A DNA stretch of 63,433 bases, the filler included, from Octopus bimaculoides (lineage: Eukaryota), in the NCBI RefSeq assembly GCF_001194135.2. It is 5 parts of 4 records of this genome, joined end to end, with 100 filler letters (N's around TTAATTAATTAA, not from the genome) between each part and the next. Parts side by side here need not be neighbours in the genome. Positions count along the whole stretch, not along the records: positions 26,000 to 48,245 come from NC_068982.1; 4 more parts are not named here. One strand, 5' to 3'. Shown here piece after piece: positions 26,936 through 39,545 of this stretch; within the stretch, counting starts at the first letter, position 1; every line of letters starts with the position of its first letter. The translations under genes were made by a program, and so were the position numbers. A model generated the notes under the pieces. It was given only the letters and a program-made list of their open reading frames with translations, searched no databases and was not told the origin of the DNA.

Positions 26936-28689
26936 ATAGGTATGAATACAATAGCTGACAGTGTTATACGCTACGCTACAAAGCTATACCTTATATTCCC
27001 TTCTAAAATTGATATTGGTAAATTATACGTATTACAGGCACAGGGAAGAAGGGATCTGATACAAATAGAAAATTCTTTCTATCATTCTATATACCCTTTA
27101 CCCTCTCTGATGGATCATCTAGCAGCCAGCTGATGGCATTTATATTAATACTTACAAACTATGAGAGCTCAATTCACACTCCACAGACAGCAGCTTACTT
27201 GATATTTTCACTGCTAATAATTGATCCCAAAGCATTATTTCTTCCCCAAATCGAACGACTTTGTTATACGAAATGCAAGCCAACGGTAAGAGAGAAATAA
27301 CTCCGAGTGGCTGGACAAAGGGGGAAAGTAAGATCATTTTCCTGATGTGAAACTGAAACTCCAAAAGTCAAGTATACTTATCCAACTTAACTATTTTAGA
27401 TAGCCAAAAACCAGACTAAGCAATAGTCAATAAAGTAGCGTCAATTTTCGTTTAACAACAGCCTTTGATAACTTAAGAGTTAGTTACTAGTTACTTTACT
27501 CCGACACGTAACGATGTAAAACTTTATTTCGTGTATAATTTGCAATATTGGGGCGTCCCTAGAAACCGAATTACCTCGATTCCAGATGTAATCTGTAGTG
27601 ATAACAGTTCCAATGTAACCTTGAAATATTCCATCACTAATAATAAATTATGAAAATATATTTTTTTAAAGTTGTGTTGCCGTTTCTAAAGATGTTATTA
27701 TAATTTATTTTACAATATCTGCTAATTCTTTAAATGCAACCAGATATGTAAACTGGCATTACTACAACGACTACCACCACCACCGCCACCATCACCACTA
27801 CCACAACCAATTCCGTTGCCTCCACCATCATTATCGTCATCACCAACCCAACAACCCTACCACCGACAACACCAAAACAACCAACGATTCCACCACCTCT
27901 CTCACACAACCAAACCCAGTACCCACAACAAAGAACAGCATTGCCTCCACCTATAACGCCAATACAATTACTAATCACGCTCCACCTAATCTAACAACCA
28001 CTACCAACATGAGTATCACAAGACACATTATCAGCACCACCAACTCGTCCAAGACCACTACTTTCCTCACCTTCAACTAGGATAAGCATAACAGTAACCA
28101 CAACAGTAACAGCACCATCACCACACTGTAGCAAGGAAGATACGAAGGTCGCTCGATCTGCAGAAATTCCAGCCAAATCTACCTTAAATACTACCTATTG
28201 GTTAAAACATTTTAAAATATATTAGATAATTAAATGGTGTGTATATTATGTCAGAAAGGAAAGCAAAGATGTCCACGGCTAGAGTTAGACAGTGAATACT
28301 CGACGCAGAAGTAGTTTTCACATGTGCAAACGCTGTCAGCGAACGACAAAAGCTACAACTATGAACGAAAAGTTCTTTGAAACTTAGACACAGAATGTAG
28401 ACAAACTCTTTTAAACAGCATTAAAAAATGATTCAGGAAAAAAGTACACGGCTAAAGTGGAAAGTAACAATAATACTAACGGCAATAATACTAATTAAAA
28501 TGAAAGTATCTTTATCTCCCTTTCTACTGTTCCGGGTTTGCACAATAGAAATTAAAGAAAGTAAAATTTTTGACACAAAAACAAAAAAATAAATAAATAA
28601 ACAAAATGCATAGAAATAACACAAAAAGTACTCTAACATAATTTCAATACAATAAAAACCGCATTATAGACTTACAGGATATTTTTTTC

Positions 28690-29072
28690 TACTCTAGGCA
28701 CAAGGCCCGAAATTTGGGGGGAGGTGGGGGGCCAATAGATTAGATCGATCCCAGCACGCAACTGATATTTAATTTATCGACCCCGAAAGGATGAAAGGCA
28801 AAGTCGACCTCGGCAGAATTCTGAACTCCGAATGCAAGGACAGATGAAATACCTATTTCTTTACTGCCCACAAGGGACTACACACAGAGGGGACAAACGG
28901 ATTAAGTCGATTATATCGACCCCAGTGCGTAACTGGTACTTAATTTAACGACCCCGAAAGGATGAAAGGCAAAGTCGACCTCGGCAGAATTCTGAACTCC
29001 GAATGCAAGGACAGATGAAATACCGCTAAGTATTTCTCCCGGCGTGCTAACGTTTCTGCCAGATCGCCGCCT
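28690..29072 (-). mobile_element. Composite (nested or duplicated) SINE family A
   Basis: Block cgaccccgaaaggatgaaaggcaaagtcgacctcggcagaattctgaactccgaatgcaaggacagatgaaatacc occurs twice; head cgtttctgccagatcgccgcc. Confidence 0.85.
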
Positions 29073-29725
29073 TAGACTTACAGATATTATCACTCACGAC
29101 ATTCATATAGTAATAATTCAGGAAACATTGTTACGATCAGAACACGAACACTCTTCCAAATTATAATCAAATCAGACTAGAAATAGACTTTATAACGGAT
29201 GCTGTGTAATAGATTCCATTCAATATCGTAAATATCATAAGTGACGTTCGTAACCTAATAAAGAACCACGAGACAATGGACATGCAGACTTACAAAACAA
29301 AAATAAAGCAAAAGGAAGCATATTGTAGTACAATACACGCGCGCGAGCACACACACACACACACATACACACACATATATATACACACACAGGAATTATA
29401 TGTGTATACATCTACACATACGTATATACATACGTTGCAGTGAATGTTGCAAGATATATCGATGATATTTTTATTCTTAACTTCCGGAGGGTAGCTTTCA
29501 ATCACTATAGTGTACAAGGTCACTTCCGTTAGGTAGTTGAGTTTGACTTCCGCCGATTGACAGATATCAGTCTTTCGGTTTTGTTTTGTTTTTTCGCAGC
29601 GTAGAGTTAAGACGTGAGTATAGTTTCCGTTAATTTCTCTTCGACACGTGAGGTTCCGTTATCGTATGTAAAATAATTGTTTCTATATTTTTGCTTTTGT
29701 AGTTTGTAAGTGTTTAAACTACATA

Positions 29726-29933
29726 TACAAGGGGGTGCTGGAAAGTTCCTGGTTTTAAGGATATCGCGAAAGGACTGGTTGGAGGCCCATACTTCCTAGT
29801 TCTTTTACAGAGCTAAGAAAAACTGATGGAACGCTGCAGTAAGTGTGTGAGTCTGTTCAATAAAATCATAATTAACTGATCCTCCTATATTTTCTTTTAC
29901 CCAAAGCCAAAAACTTTTCAACTCTTCCTCGTA
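29726..29933 (+). mobile_element. Tc1/mariner-derived MITE, copy 2
   Basis: ta-caagggggtgctggaaagttcctgg ... ccaaaaacttttcaactcttcctcg-ta; TA at both ends; homologous to 5386-5604. Confidence 0.8.
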
Positions 29934-29951
29934 TATCTATTTAATCTATAA

Positions 29952-30765
29952 CACTGGGCAACAGTTTTTTTTGTTTTTTTTTTGTCTAGTGCCTGGAATA
30001 TTTCAACGAATTCTTAAGTGATTTTGTCAGCTAAATTCAAAAATAACTTCAGTTTTTCTCTATCAGGTCTAGTTTTCTGACTAGACCTGATAGAGTAAGT
30101 ATTTTATTCATACAAGAGGCATATAATATGAATCAATAAAGATGATATAACACAAAACAAAACAAAGCACAAATAAAAATTCAAAATTCAAAATGCAAAT
30201 TGGCAAAGATTTGGGGCAGAAAATTCAAGGAATAAATTTATGCTTCTATGTGCGCCGTGAACGTTGAACAACAGGAGTATCTCGTTTTAAACACCAGCAA
30301 TAGTCTGCCATCATCACAGCATCCCAACGTCCTTGGTACCGAGTTTCCATCATCTTGATGTCCTGATGGAATTGTTCGCCTTGTTCATCGTGGAACCGGT
30401 CAAATAGCAGAGGTAAGATTAGGATAGACAAGCGTTTGTCGATTTTCCGGTTAATACCCTTCAAATTTAGGTTACAAAAATAGCAGTCGCCCACGTGATT
30501 ATAAGTCTCCCGCCATACCATTGATATAGCAAACCTCATACATTTCCTTGTCCCTTTAGTCCATTGTCGCAAATGTTTTGTACATTGTTTGCAGACACTA
30601 TGCGATGCCCAATAGTTTCCTTGGTCTCCCAGCCTAACCCCAAAATATGCTATATACACTCTTTCAGCAAAATCAGTGATGTTTTTCGATTTTGAGGTAA
30701 TGTATATTCTCCACACACATAACAAAACACATTTGGAGAATTAACGCAGCATAATTAGGCTTAGA
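29952..30765 (-). mobile_element. Chapaev3-like (CMC superfamily) DNA transposon, internal-deletion derivative
   Basis: Terminus CACTGGGCAACA with a subterminal 16-bp hairpin (30058-30095). Minus-strand CVNSPNVFCYVCGEY, LGDQ..WASH.VCKQC, WRE..NH..DCYFC fused to DEQGEQFHQDIKMMETRYQGRW...MMADYCW. Superfamily assignment is from recall. Confidence 0.75.
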
Positions 30766-30770
30766 TAGCG

Positions 30771-31027
30771 CTTAGAAATTATGGCCGAGCGAGTTGTCTT
30801 CCTTCGCTTGATAGCTAGGTTTTCCAATTTTGAAGTAAAAATTTCCGAAAATGTAGACAACTCTCCACGGCTTCCGTCCTTATGAACTCACATGAGCCAG
30901 GAGGCTACCTGAACTCCAAGGCGGAAGCTGTAGGGAGTTGTCCACATTTTCGGAAATTTTTACTTCAAAATAGGAAAACCTAGTTATCAAGCGAAGGAAG
31001 ACAACTCGCCTGGCCATAATTTTTAAG
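30771..31027. mobile_element. MITE with ~110-bp terminal inverted repeats
   Basis: 30771-30881 vs 30918-31027 are reverse complements, roughly 90% identical by eye; ~36-bp spacer. Confidence 0.85.
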
Positions 31028-32199
31028 AGGAATATTTCTTGAATTATCACCGGCGTTAGACCAGTTATCGTTTAGAGAAACTGAAGAGATGTCTAGTTCA
31101 CGCTAGATATGAAACCAATGTTTTTTTTTTCTAAACTGTTACGTTACACATACAAATATATATACATATATATATAATCAACATCACCAACTGTCTCACC
31201 AGAGTATACACTCTAGTTACTGCACTTTGTCACAGTGTGTTACTGAGAGAAACTGCAATAACACTTGCTATCTTTACTATTAATACTGATAACAATAAAA
31301 ATGACAATATTATTACAACTAAACTCACTTTATTTCTAAGACAATTCACACCACGAAATCTATAACAAACATCACCAAGACAACTCATCCTCAGACATCA
31401 TCTCACCACAACCACTCGGTAAACAATTACCCATCTGTTTTCAGACCATCAGAAAAGATATGTGACATAGTGTTACTGAACTGGGCGCCGCTCTTTGTTG
31501 CTCAACACGACAGTCTACTCAACTGTAATGAGAACCAGCTGGTTTCCAGTGCAGCTGAGCCACGTCTTTCTCTCTGGTTGTCACTTCTTTGATGTTCTGT
31601 TGAGTCACGATAATGATCCCAAGAGAATGATTATGTCTACATAGCACCTAAAGCAATTAGAAAAAGCATGGTATATGCTAACGAGTCATCTGTGCACGTG
31701 AGTGGCGACTGGCGTTACTTTCAGACTATATACCAATTATCACCACAACACACTTGTACATCAATGGCGAAAGCAAAAACACTTTTACAAACTTCAAAAA
31801 TTACAATGGAACGAATTCCACTAAGAAAGTATCGAAATTTTCGGAATTCAACGCCACCACTACCACCAACATGCTAACATTTCTGTATATACATTCACCA
31901 AAATAATTATAGACGCAATTAAAACGAAAAAAAAAAAACAGAACTATCACACAAGGCAAAAAAGTACCACTCCAATTAAATACCAGAAATAGCCAACCTC
32001 ATCAAAATTAGAGAAAATCTCGAACACAATCCACGGAAACCATACAAAAGGGGAGGAATCAGCATCTAGCAAATAATTAAAAAAATAAACTATAGAAAAA
32101 AAATGAAAACTGGCGACCACAAAGTTAACCGTAAAGCAGTATCTAGAGTAATTAGCATCATCAACAATGACGGTCACACGACACTCGTTGCAGCATTAT

Positions 32200-33900
32200 C
32201 ATATCATCATCATAAATGATTCGCCGATATCGATGAGTGACGATCTAAACTGGATCGTTCTCTTCCACAGGTTTCCGATTTGAACTACTGTGACAACTGT
32301 GATCCAGATGTAGGTATCAATGCTCAATCTTCACAAGTTGTTTTTAAACCACATCAGTGGTTTAATTCAGTCGAGTTCTTTCCTGATTTTTCGAACCACC
32401 ATTTAACAGTGAGTTGAGTATTTGTTCTGATAACTGTCGTTTCAAATTCTATGGCTATTCCCAAACTAGGGGAGATTTCGCTGCCCTGATATCTCCCCCA
32501 TGCTAGAAAGCTTAGTTTTTCTCTAGAACCTTGGGACTCCTGACTTTGCCATTCCAAGTAGTGTTCATGTTCTATCTCGGTTTTCCGATGACTTCATGCA
32601 TTTTTATTTACTGTCTGCGATATATCTGTACACTCAATATTTATTATAGTTAGATAATATTATTATTCTGTATATTTTGCTTTTCTCTTGGACTGACATG
32701 AGTTTGTTGTTCTACGGTCACCTCTCAAGCTTTGGAAGCTCGCCTACTTTTCCTGCATTCTAGTTCGTCACTGATCTTGCCATGGTCACAAATTGTACTA
32801 CATAATATGTAAAGTCGTTTGCCTGTAGCAACTTCTAACCTTCAGGGATGACCAATGACTCGCGTCAGAATTTGGATGATAAAGAACATCTATCTTCTGA
32901 ATGTCAATATTCAAGCTGATCTTCGTGGCTGCATTGTGAGCAGCATTCACCAGGTACTGCATATCTTCAGCGATTTTGAAAGCAAGGGCAAAAATTGTCA
33001 ACAAACAATATTCGTCTTAAGTTTGAAGCGTAACACATAAAACAGTTTAGCTTCAGATCTTGCCTGTGTGTATACATCTTCAGTTGACTTGTATTGCTCT
33101 TCTAATATCAGAGTGAATACTGTTGGCGTTAGCGTGCAAAACTGCTCGACTCTATTTTAGCAATAAACTCTGCACAGCTAGTGTTCAAATACGTAACCTG
33201 AGCCCTCATGCCTATGTGTAGTGATTTAAGCATACGAGTGAATTCTTCTGGACATGTAAACTCCCAAGTACCTGCAATAGACATCGCATATTTACTGTGC
33301 TGAATGCTTTCGTGAATACTGTGCTGAATGCTTTCGTACCTTTGTACTGTTCAACGCATTTCCCTTAGATATGACAAAAGTAAAAGAACAAATTTATGTT
33401 GCTTCCTCCTCTTCCGGACTCAAAATGAGTTTCAGGCAGAAATGCGGCAATGATTCTCCTCACTATACCAAAAAGAGAAGTTTTTCAATAGCGTCCAAAG
33501 TCATTTGTACCTACCCTCTTGAATGAGGGAATGTTAAGTATCTTTCCAGTCTTGTGGGACGTCATTAGCCACCTATGATTTTAGCATAAATTGGTGGGAG
33601 CATCAAATGAGTTTGTTTCGTCTATTTTTGTACACATCTGCTTGGATCTCATCCACTTCAAGCATCTTTTAATCTGAGTGTGATCCAAGTTACAAAAGAA
33701 CACCTCCCTAACCATGACGGATAATCTGTTAGCAAGTAAGTACAAAAAAGTGTCATATTTTTCAAGGTTTCCCGCTCGATATATCCTGGCATGTTAAGCA
33801 TTCTGAGGAATTGCTCTGCAAATTAGTCGAACATTTGTCCTTATTTCCTGAATCATTCTTGATCCATCAGCTGAATTCAGTTGAGTGGCATTCAAAACGT
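32200..33900 (-). mobile_element. Old, heavily decayed RTE-clade LINE (RT and C-terminus)
   Basis: Minus-strand NDVPQDWKD, FLPETHF..GRG, FTKAFSTVN, CPEEFTRMLKSLHIGMRAQV, AEDMQYLVNAAHNAATK.SLNI.IQK.DVLY.P, with many stops and frameshifts. Confidence 0.8.
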
Positions 33901-34317
33901 GTCAGAGTTACCCAATAATCAACATTTTGATAGTTATCAGTAGCCACAGAGATACAGATTCCATCAGGCCAAGGAACACCATGAAATAGGAACCAGTCAC
34001 AGGCGAAAGCCTTGGTCACCATCTAACGCAATCAATCAATTTCGAAGTTTCGCCAAGGAACACCATGAAATAGGAACCAGTCACAGGCGAAAGCCTTGGT
34101 CACCATCTAACGCAATCAATCAATTTCGAAGTTTCGAATAGCTCAAAAGCCAGAAACAAAAGCTTGGACGATCTGACATTCGTTTCTCTACATTTGTCTG
34201 TGAAACTTCAAAGAATGGAAATCTGACTCAAAAGGTTAATACAAATAAATGCATATAACTATAAGCACCTATAAGTGCGTGTTTCTCTCTCTGTCGTTCT
34301 GTCTCTGTCTGGCTCCC

Positions 34318-34368
<51 letters not shown>

Positions 34369-34393
34369 GTGCGTGTGTGTGCGTGTGTGTGTG

Positions 34394-34424
<31 letters not shown>

Positions 34425-34455
34425 ATACTTGGAATGGATGCTTGGCATTCAATTA

Positions 34456-34489
<34 letters not shown>

Positions 34490-35051
34490 NNNNNNNNNNN
34501 NNNNNNNNNNNNNNNNNNNNNNNNNNNNNNNNNNNNNNNNNNNNNNNNNNNNNNNNNNNNNNNNNNNNNNNNNNNNNNNNNNNNNNNNNNNNNNNNNNNN
34601 NNNNNNNNNNNNNNNNNNNNNNNNNNNNNNNNNNNNNNNNNNNNNNNNNNNNNNNNNNNNNNNNNNNNNNNNNNNNNNNNNNNNNNNNNNNNNNNNNNNN
34701 NNNNNNNNNNNNNNNNNNNNNNNNNNNNNNNNNNNNNNNNNNNNNNNNNNNNNNNNNNNNNNNNNNNNNNNNNNNNNNNNNNNNNNNNNNNNNNNNNNNN
34801 NNNNNNNNNNNNNNNNNNNNNNNNNNNNNNNNNNNNNNNNNNNNNNNNNNNNNNNNNNNNNNNNNNNNNNNNNNNNNNNNNNNNNNNNNNNNNNNNNNNN
34901 NNNNNNNNNNNNNNNNNNNNNNNNNNNNNNNNNNNNNNNNNNNNNNNNNNNNNNNNNNNNNNNNNNNNNNNNNNNNNNNNNNNNNNNNNNNNNNNNNNNN
35001 NNNNNNNNNNNNNNNNNNNNNNNNNNNNNNNNNNNNNNNNNNNNNNNNNNN

Positions 35052-35717
35052 ATAATATAAGGATAAAATCTTTATAAGAATTTATCAAGTAGTCAGCGTG
35101 AAAAAACCTCATAAGGAAAAAAAACCATCATTTTTTTCCATAAATATATAAATTTAATTTATATAAGGGCATTACTATACAATAATTCCTCACGCTTAGA
35201 GGGACTCCATAAGTCAAAACTACCAAAATAAGCACATATTTACCTATCGCGAGGGAATGCAACTTTCAAAGCTAACCCCCTAAAAACTTTTAACTTAACG
35301 GCAAACCACTGGTTTCATAATTAATACAGCAAAACTATGCAGTAAGCTGCATCTTTTATTCATCAGTGCACGTATGGTCAAGACACATAAAGAATAAACA
35401 AAAATCAACATACCCTGATGTACCCAACACAGTATAATGGCTCCTGTTCATCCTTATATATCCGTGAAAGAGGCGGGCTTTTCAGGTTACACTTCGGCAA
35501 CATGTGCTTTTACAGAATAATATTCAGCAATGAATATATTCTAATTATTTATAATATAATATAAGGATAAAATCTTTATAATAATTTATCAGGTAGTCAG
35601 CGTGAAATAGTCGCGATCGGTAAATATGTGCTTATTTTGGTAGTTTTGACTTATAAAGTCCCTCTAAGCGTGAGGCATTATTGTATAGTAATGCCCTTAT
35701 ATAAATTAAATTATATA
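35052..35717. repeat. Direct-plus-inverted repeat structure (A-B...A-B')
   Basis: 35052-35103 matches 35556-35607 (direct); 35145-35252 matches the reverse complement of 35611-35717. Confidence 0.8.
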
Positions 35718-36764
35718 TATATAGTGTAGCATATTGCCACTTAAGTGTGGCTGACCCCTAGGGGTGGATGTTACTGTTGCTTTTAGCCCCAGGAGGACAT
35801 CTCCTCCAGCTGGCTTATCGACACACGACTGTGTCTTGTTTGCCAAGGGAAGTTATCCCTCTCACCATGATCTGTAGCACGAACGGATCCGGATTTCAGG
35901 GTTATTTCCCTTCGTCGGTGTTCGATAGCCGCTGACCTTGGTGAGAGAGACAAAATCCTGGCAATCTTATATCTACTTTTCCAGTGAAATTCNNNNNNNN
36001 NNNNNNNNNNNNNNNNNNNNNNNNNNNNNNNNNNNNNNNNNNNNNNNNNNNNNNNNNNNNNNNNNNNNNNNNNNNNNNNNNNNNNNNNNNNNNNNNNNNN
36101 NNNNNNNNNNNNNNNNNNNNNNNNNNNNNNNNNNNNNNNNNNNNNNNNNNNNNNNNNNNNNNNNNNNNNNNNNNNNNNNNNNNNNNNNNNNNNNNNNNNN
36201 NNNNNNNNNNNNNNNNNNNNNNNNNNNNNNNNNNNNNNNNNNNNNNNNNNNNNNNNNNNNNNNNNNNNNNNNNNNNNNNNNNNNNNNNNNNNNNNNNNNN
36301 NNNNNNNNNNNNNNNNNNNNNNNNNNNNNNNNNNNNNNNNNNNNNNNNNNNNNNNNNNNNNNNNNNNNNNNNNNNNNNNNNNNNNNNNNNNNNNNNNNNN
36401 NNNNNNNNNNNNNNNNNNNNNNNNNNNNNNNNNNNNNNNNNNNNNNNNNNNNNNNNNNNNNNNNNNNNNNNNNNNNNNNNNNNNNNNNNNNNNNNNNNNN
36501 NNNNNNNNNNNNNNNNNNNNNNNNNNNNNNNNNNNNNNNNNNNNNNNNNNNNNNNNNNNNNNNNNNNNNNNNNNNNNNNNNNNNNNNNNNNNNNNNNNNN
36601 NNNNNNNNNNNNNNNNNNNNNNNNNNNNNNNNNNNNNNNNNNNNNNNNNNNNNNNNNNNNNNNNNNNNNNNNNNNNNNNNNNNNNNNNNNNNNNNNNNNN
36701 NNNNNNNNNNNNNNNNNNNNNNNNNNNNNNNNNNNNNNNNNNNTATATATATATATACCTAAAA

Positions 36765-36924
36765 AGTGCAGCATTTCAAATATAAATTTGAGAGTGCTAA
36801 AATTAAATATGTACACGATCGTATATTTTTGCAAGTATTGGTTGGATATCAGTTATGCAATGGCACTTGATCGCGTACATATTTAATCCTAGCACTCTCA
36901 AATTTATATCTGAAATGCTGCACT
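36765..36924. mobile_element. Small fold-back or MITE-like hairpin
   Basis: ~56-bp arms agtgcagcatttca..tacacgatc / gatcgcgta..tgaaatgctgcact. Confidence 0.65.
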
Positions 36925-37312
36925 AATGAGGCGAAATAAATAAGTAAATATATAACTTTACTTTAATCCTTCGAAACGCGTATGTAGCTAATCTGAGTCC
37001 TATGGATTCGTTATTTTTTCTTTTTGCCTACGTAAAAAAAAGTGTATTACTATTTGGAAGATCTTTAAGGTAGCAGAAAAGGAATTTTAACTCCTATTCC
37101 TAAATTTGGTGCGTTATGAAGCGATTAGCTGACCCCTAATTATAATTATGCTTATAATTATAGAATATTTGTATAATTTTACCTAAAAAGGTTATTTTAA
37201 CGTACCGATCTACTTTGTATAATCATTAATTAATTAATTGATTAATTAATTAATTAATTTTACCCTTTTATTATTAATATATTTATGCATACATATCCAT
37301 ATGTGTGTGTGT

Positions 37313-37349
<37 letters not shown>

Positions 37350-37904
37350 CGTATACATGTGTATATGTATATATTGTTATCTGCATGTTCATTTATCGTC
37401 ATTTGAACTTCGGTACCTAAAAGCTAAATGAAATGTCCTTCTTCCAGTTAACACGTGTGCTAAGAACTGAAAGATCTTAATGATGATTTTGTCGCAATGA
37501 GATAATAAAATGAAATATTTCTTTAATTAGTTGGAAAATTAAAACAGCCAACTTCCAAACACTGTTGTAACATAGTATCTGTATGTTGTGACGTAAGCAT
37601 CCATAACGACAGTCTTGATCTGTTTCCTCTGTCTCCTTTCCTTTCTGCTTCTGTTTTATATACCTTATCCTCGTTCTTCTTTCCGGTGTGCCTCTTCATG
37701 TCCTGTCTACTTTTCCTTTTTCTTCATCACCTCTGCTTCCTCTTCTTCCTTCTCCTCCTATTACACTGCCATCATCACCATCTATATACAGATCCGAACA
37801 ATCACTACCGTCATCAACATTACCATCGTTATCACAACCATCATCACCAATATCATGACCATTGCCGAACCCGTCATAATCACCATCATTATTGTTGTTG
37901 TTGG

Positions 37905-37957
37905 CACTCCGTCGCTTACGACGTCGAGGGTTCTAGTTGATCCGATCAACGGAACAG
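37905..37957 (-). mobile_element. SINE family C tail fragment
   Basis: Reverse complement of ctgttccgttgatcggatcaact..cgtcgtaa.cgacggagtgcc (cf. 50010-50068). Confidence 0.7.
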
Positions 37958-38814
37958 CTGGATGCCATGGCGGGATTTTATTTAAGCTGGACCGCCACTT
38001 GCCAGGCAGAAGCCCACTCACTTGGCTCAGAGGATGTCCTCAGTGGCACCATGGAGGAGATGTACTGACTTTGACCTGTGAGTTTCAGCGAGCTGCCGTG
38101 GATCAGTTCTTTTAGGCCACACCTTGTTGTAGCCAGCCCGCTTGGCATAACCTTCTTCCGCTGTCACAGCCATTGAGAGACATAGATGTCGCTTCGTCTG
38201 CCTGATCAACCGTTGAGGACTTGATACCATCATTATAATCATCACTATCGTCACGACCATCATCAACCATTATGACGACTATAACTATCAATCATTAAAA
38301 CCGTCTCCTGTGTTACCTTCCTCATCACCTATAGTCACGACCATCCACATTATGAAGGGCGTCATCACCACCATCATTATGACCATTGTTATCATCACGA
38401 CTATAAACATCATCAGCGCCATCATTAGACCCACCTTTATCACAGTCACCCATACTATCATCTTCAGCCAGTCCATCATCGATATCATTCCCACTAATAC
38501 CACACTGCCATTGTCACCACCAATATTACCTTCAATGTCATTACCGCCACCATCTTCATCACCACCACCCTCATCACTATTATCGTTATTTTATAATGTT
38601 TGAAGTTCAAAGGGATTGTTCAGTGTCAGATCCTATAAAAATTTAGTTGTATCTATTTCGAGTCTAACCTGAATTTATTCCACTTGCCATCAACACACTT
38701 CCTCTCGAAGAGAGTTACAACCAGCAACGTAATGGCAATGTTTCAACTGGCTACTTCACGTCTTCGGGTTCAGTTTCCCAGTGTGACACCTTGGGCAATT
38801 GTCTTCTAATATAG

Positions 38815-39504
38815 CCTTCAGCCCACTTGTATATCGAATTCAGGTCCCGCTGTAAGCTTGCGACATCATCTTGATTTTTTATTACCTGTGATAACTTTGT
38901 ATCATCGGCATAGCTAGTGACAGTGGCTGTCCGAATGACTGTTAGCATGTCTAAGAGGATTATTATGAACGGTAACGGCCCAGAACAGTTCCCCGGGGGA
39001 CACCACTTAGGATTTGAGTTTCCTCAGAAAGGGCACCATTGTCTGCAGTTACCTGACTTCTGTCTCTAAGGAAGTCATGTAACCACTCCCAGTTTACCAG
39101 CAATGCCAAGATCTCGAACTTATGACATATCATGCCATGATCCACCCTATCAAATGCCTTTGCAAAGTCAAGGTATATCCCGCTGACATTTGAATGGTCC
39201 AGCAGCTGTTTTAAAACCCAGTCATAGTGCTGTAGGAGTTGTGTGAGGCAGCTTCTTCCTGGACGAAAACCATGCTGTATATTGTTCAGTAGGTCATTTT
39301 TTTTATCTGCATGTGTCCAATGGGGTAAGTGAAGACACTTTTAAATTGTTCACTGAGTATCTCACTTATCCTTCCTGGGTCTTCGGTCAGTGAATCATTC
39401 CCTTGGAACAATGGTCCTATTTTATATTGTATTGTGGACGTTTCCTTTGCGAATTTATAGAAAGCTTTTGGGGTTTGTTTTTATTCTTTCTACAGCTCTC
39501 TTCG

Positions 39505-39545
<41 letters not shown>

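Noticed and set aside
27760-28130. Mucin-like Thr/Pro-rich CDS (also 37700-38590, 47170-47480, 53030-53200)
   Set aside because: Cryptic ACC/CAT simple repeats with stops in the Thr-rich frames and no supported splice structure
31460-31490. LTR start or primer-binding site near tgtgacatagtg..ctgggcgcc
   Set aside because: No matching second LTR, no full tRNA complementarity and no gag/pol remnants
35725-35992. HDV-like ribozyme or LINE 5' UTR
   Set aside because: GC-richer and repeat-like, but I could not fit the nested double pseudoknot by eye and the sequence is cut by a gap
37222-37260. Fifth TTAATTAATTAA linker
   Set aside because: Natural (TTAA)n tract with no flanking Ns
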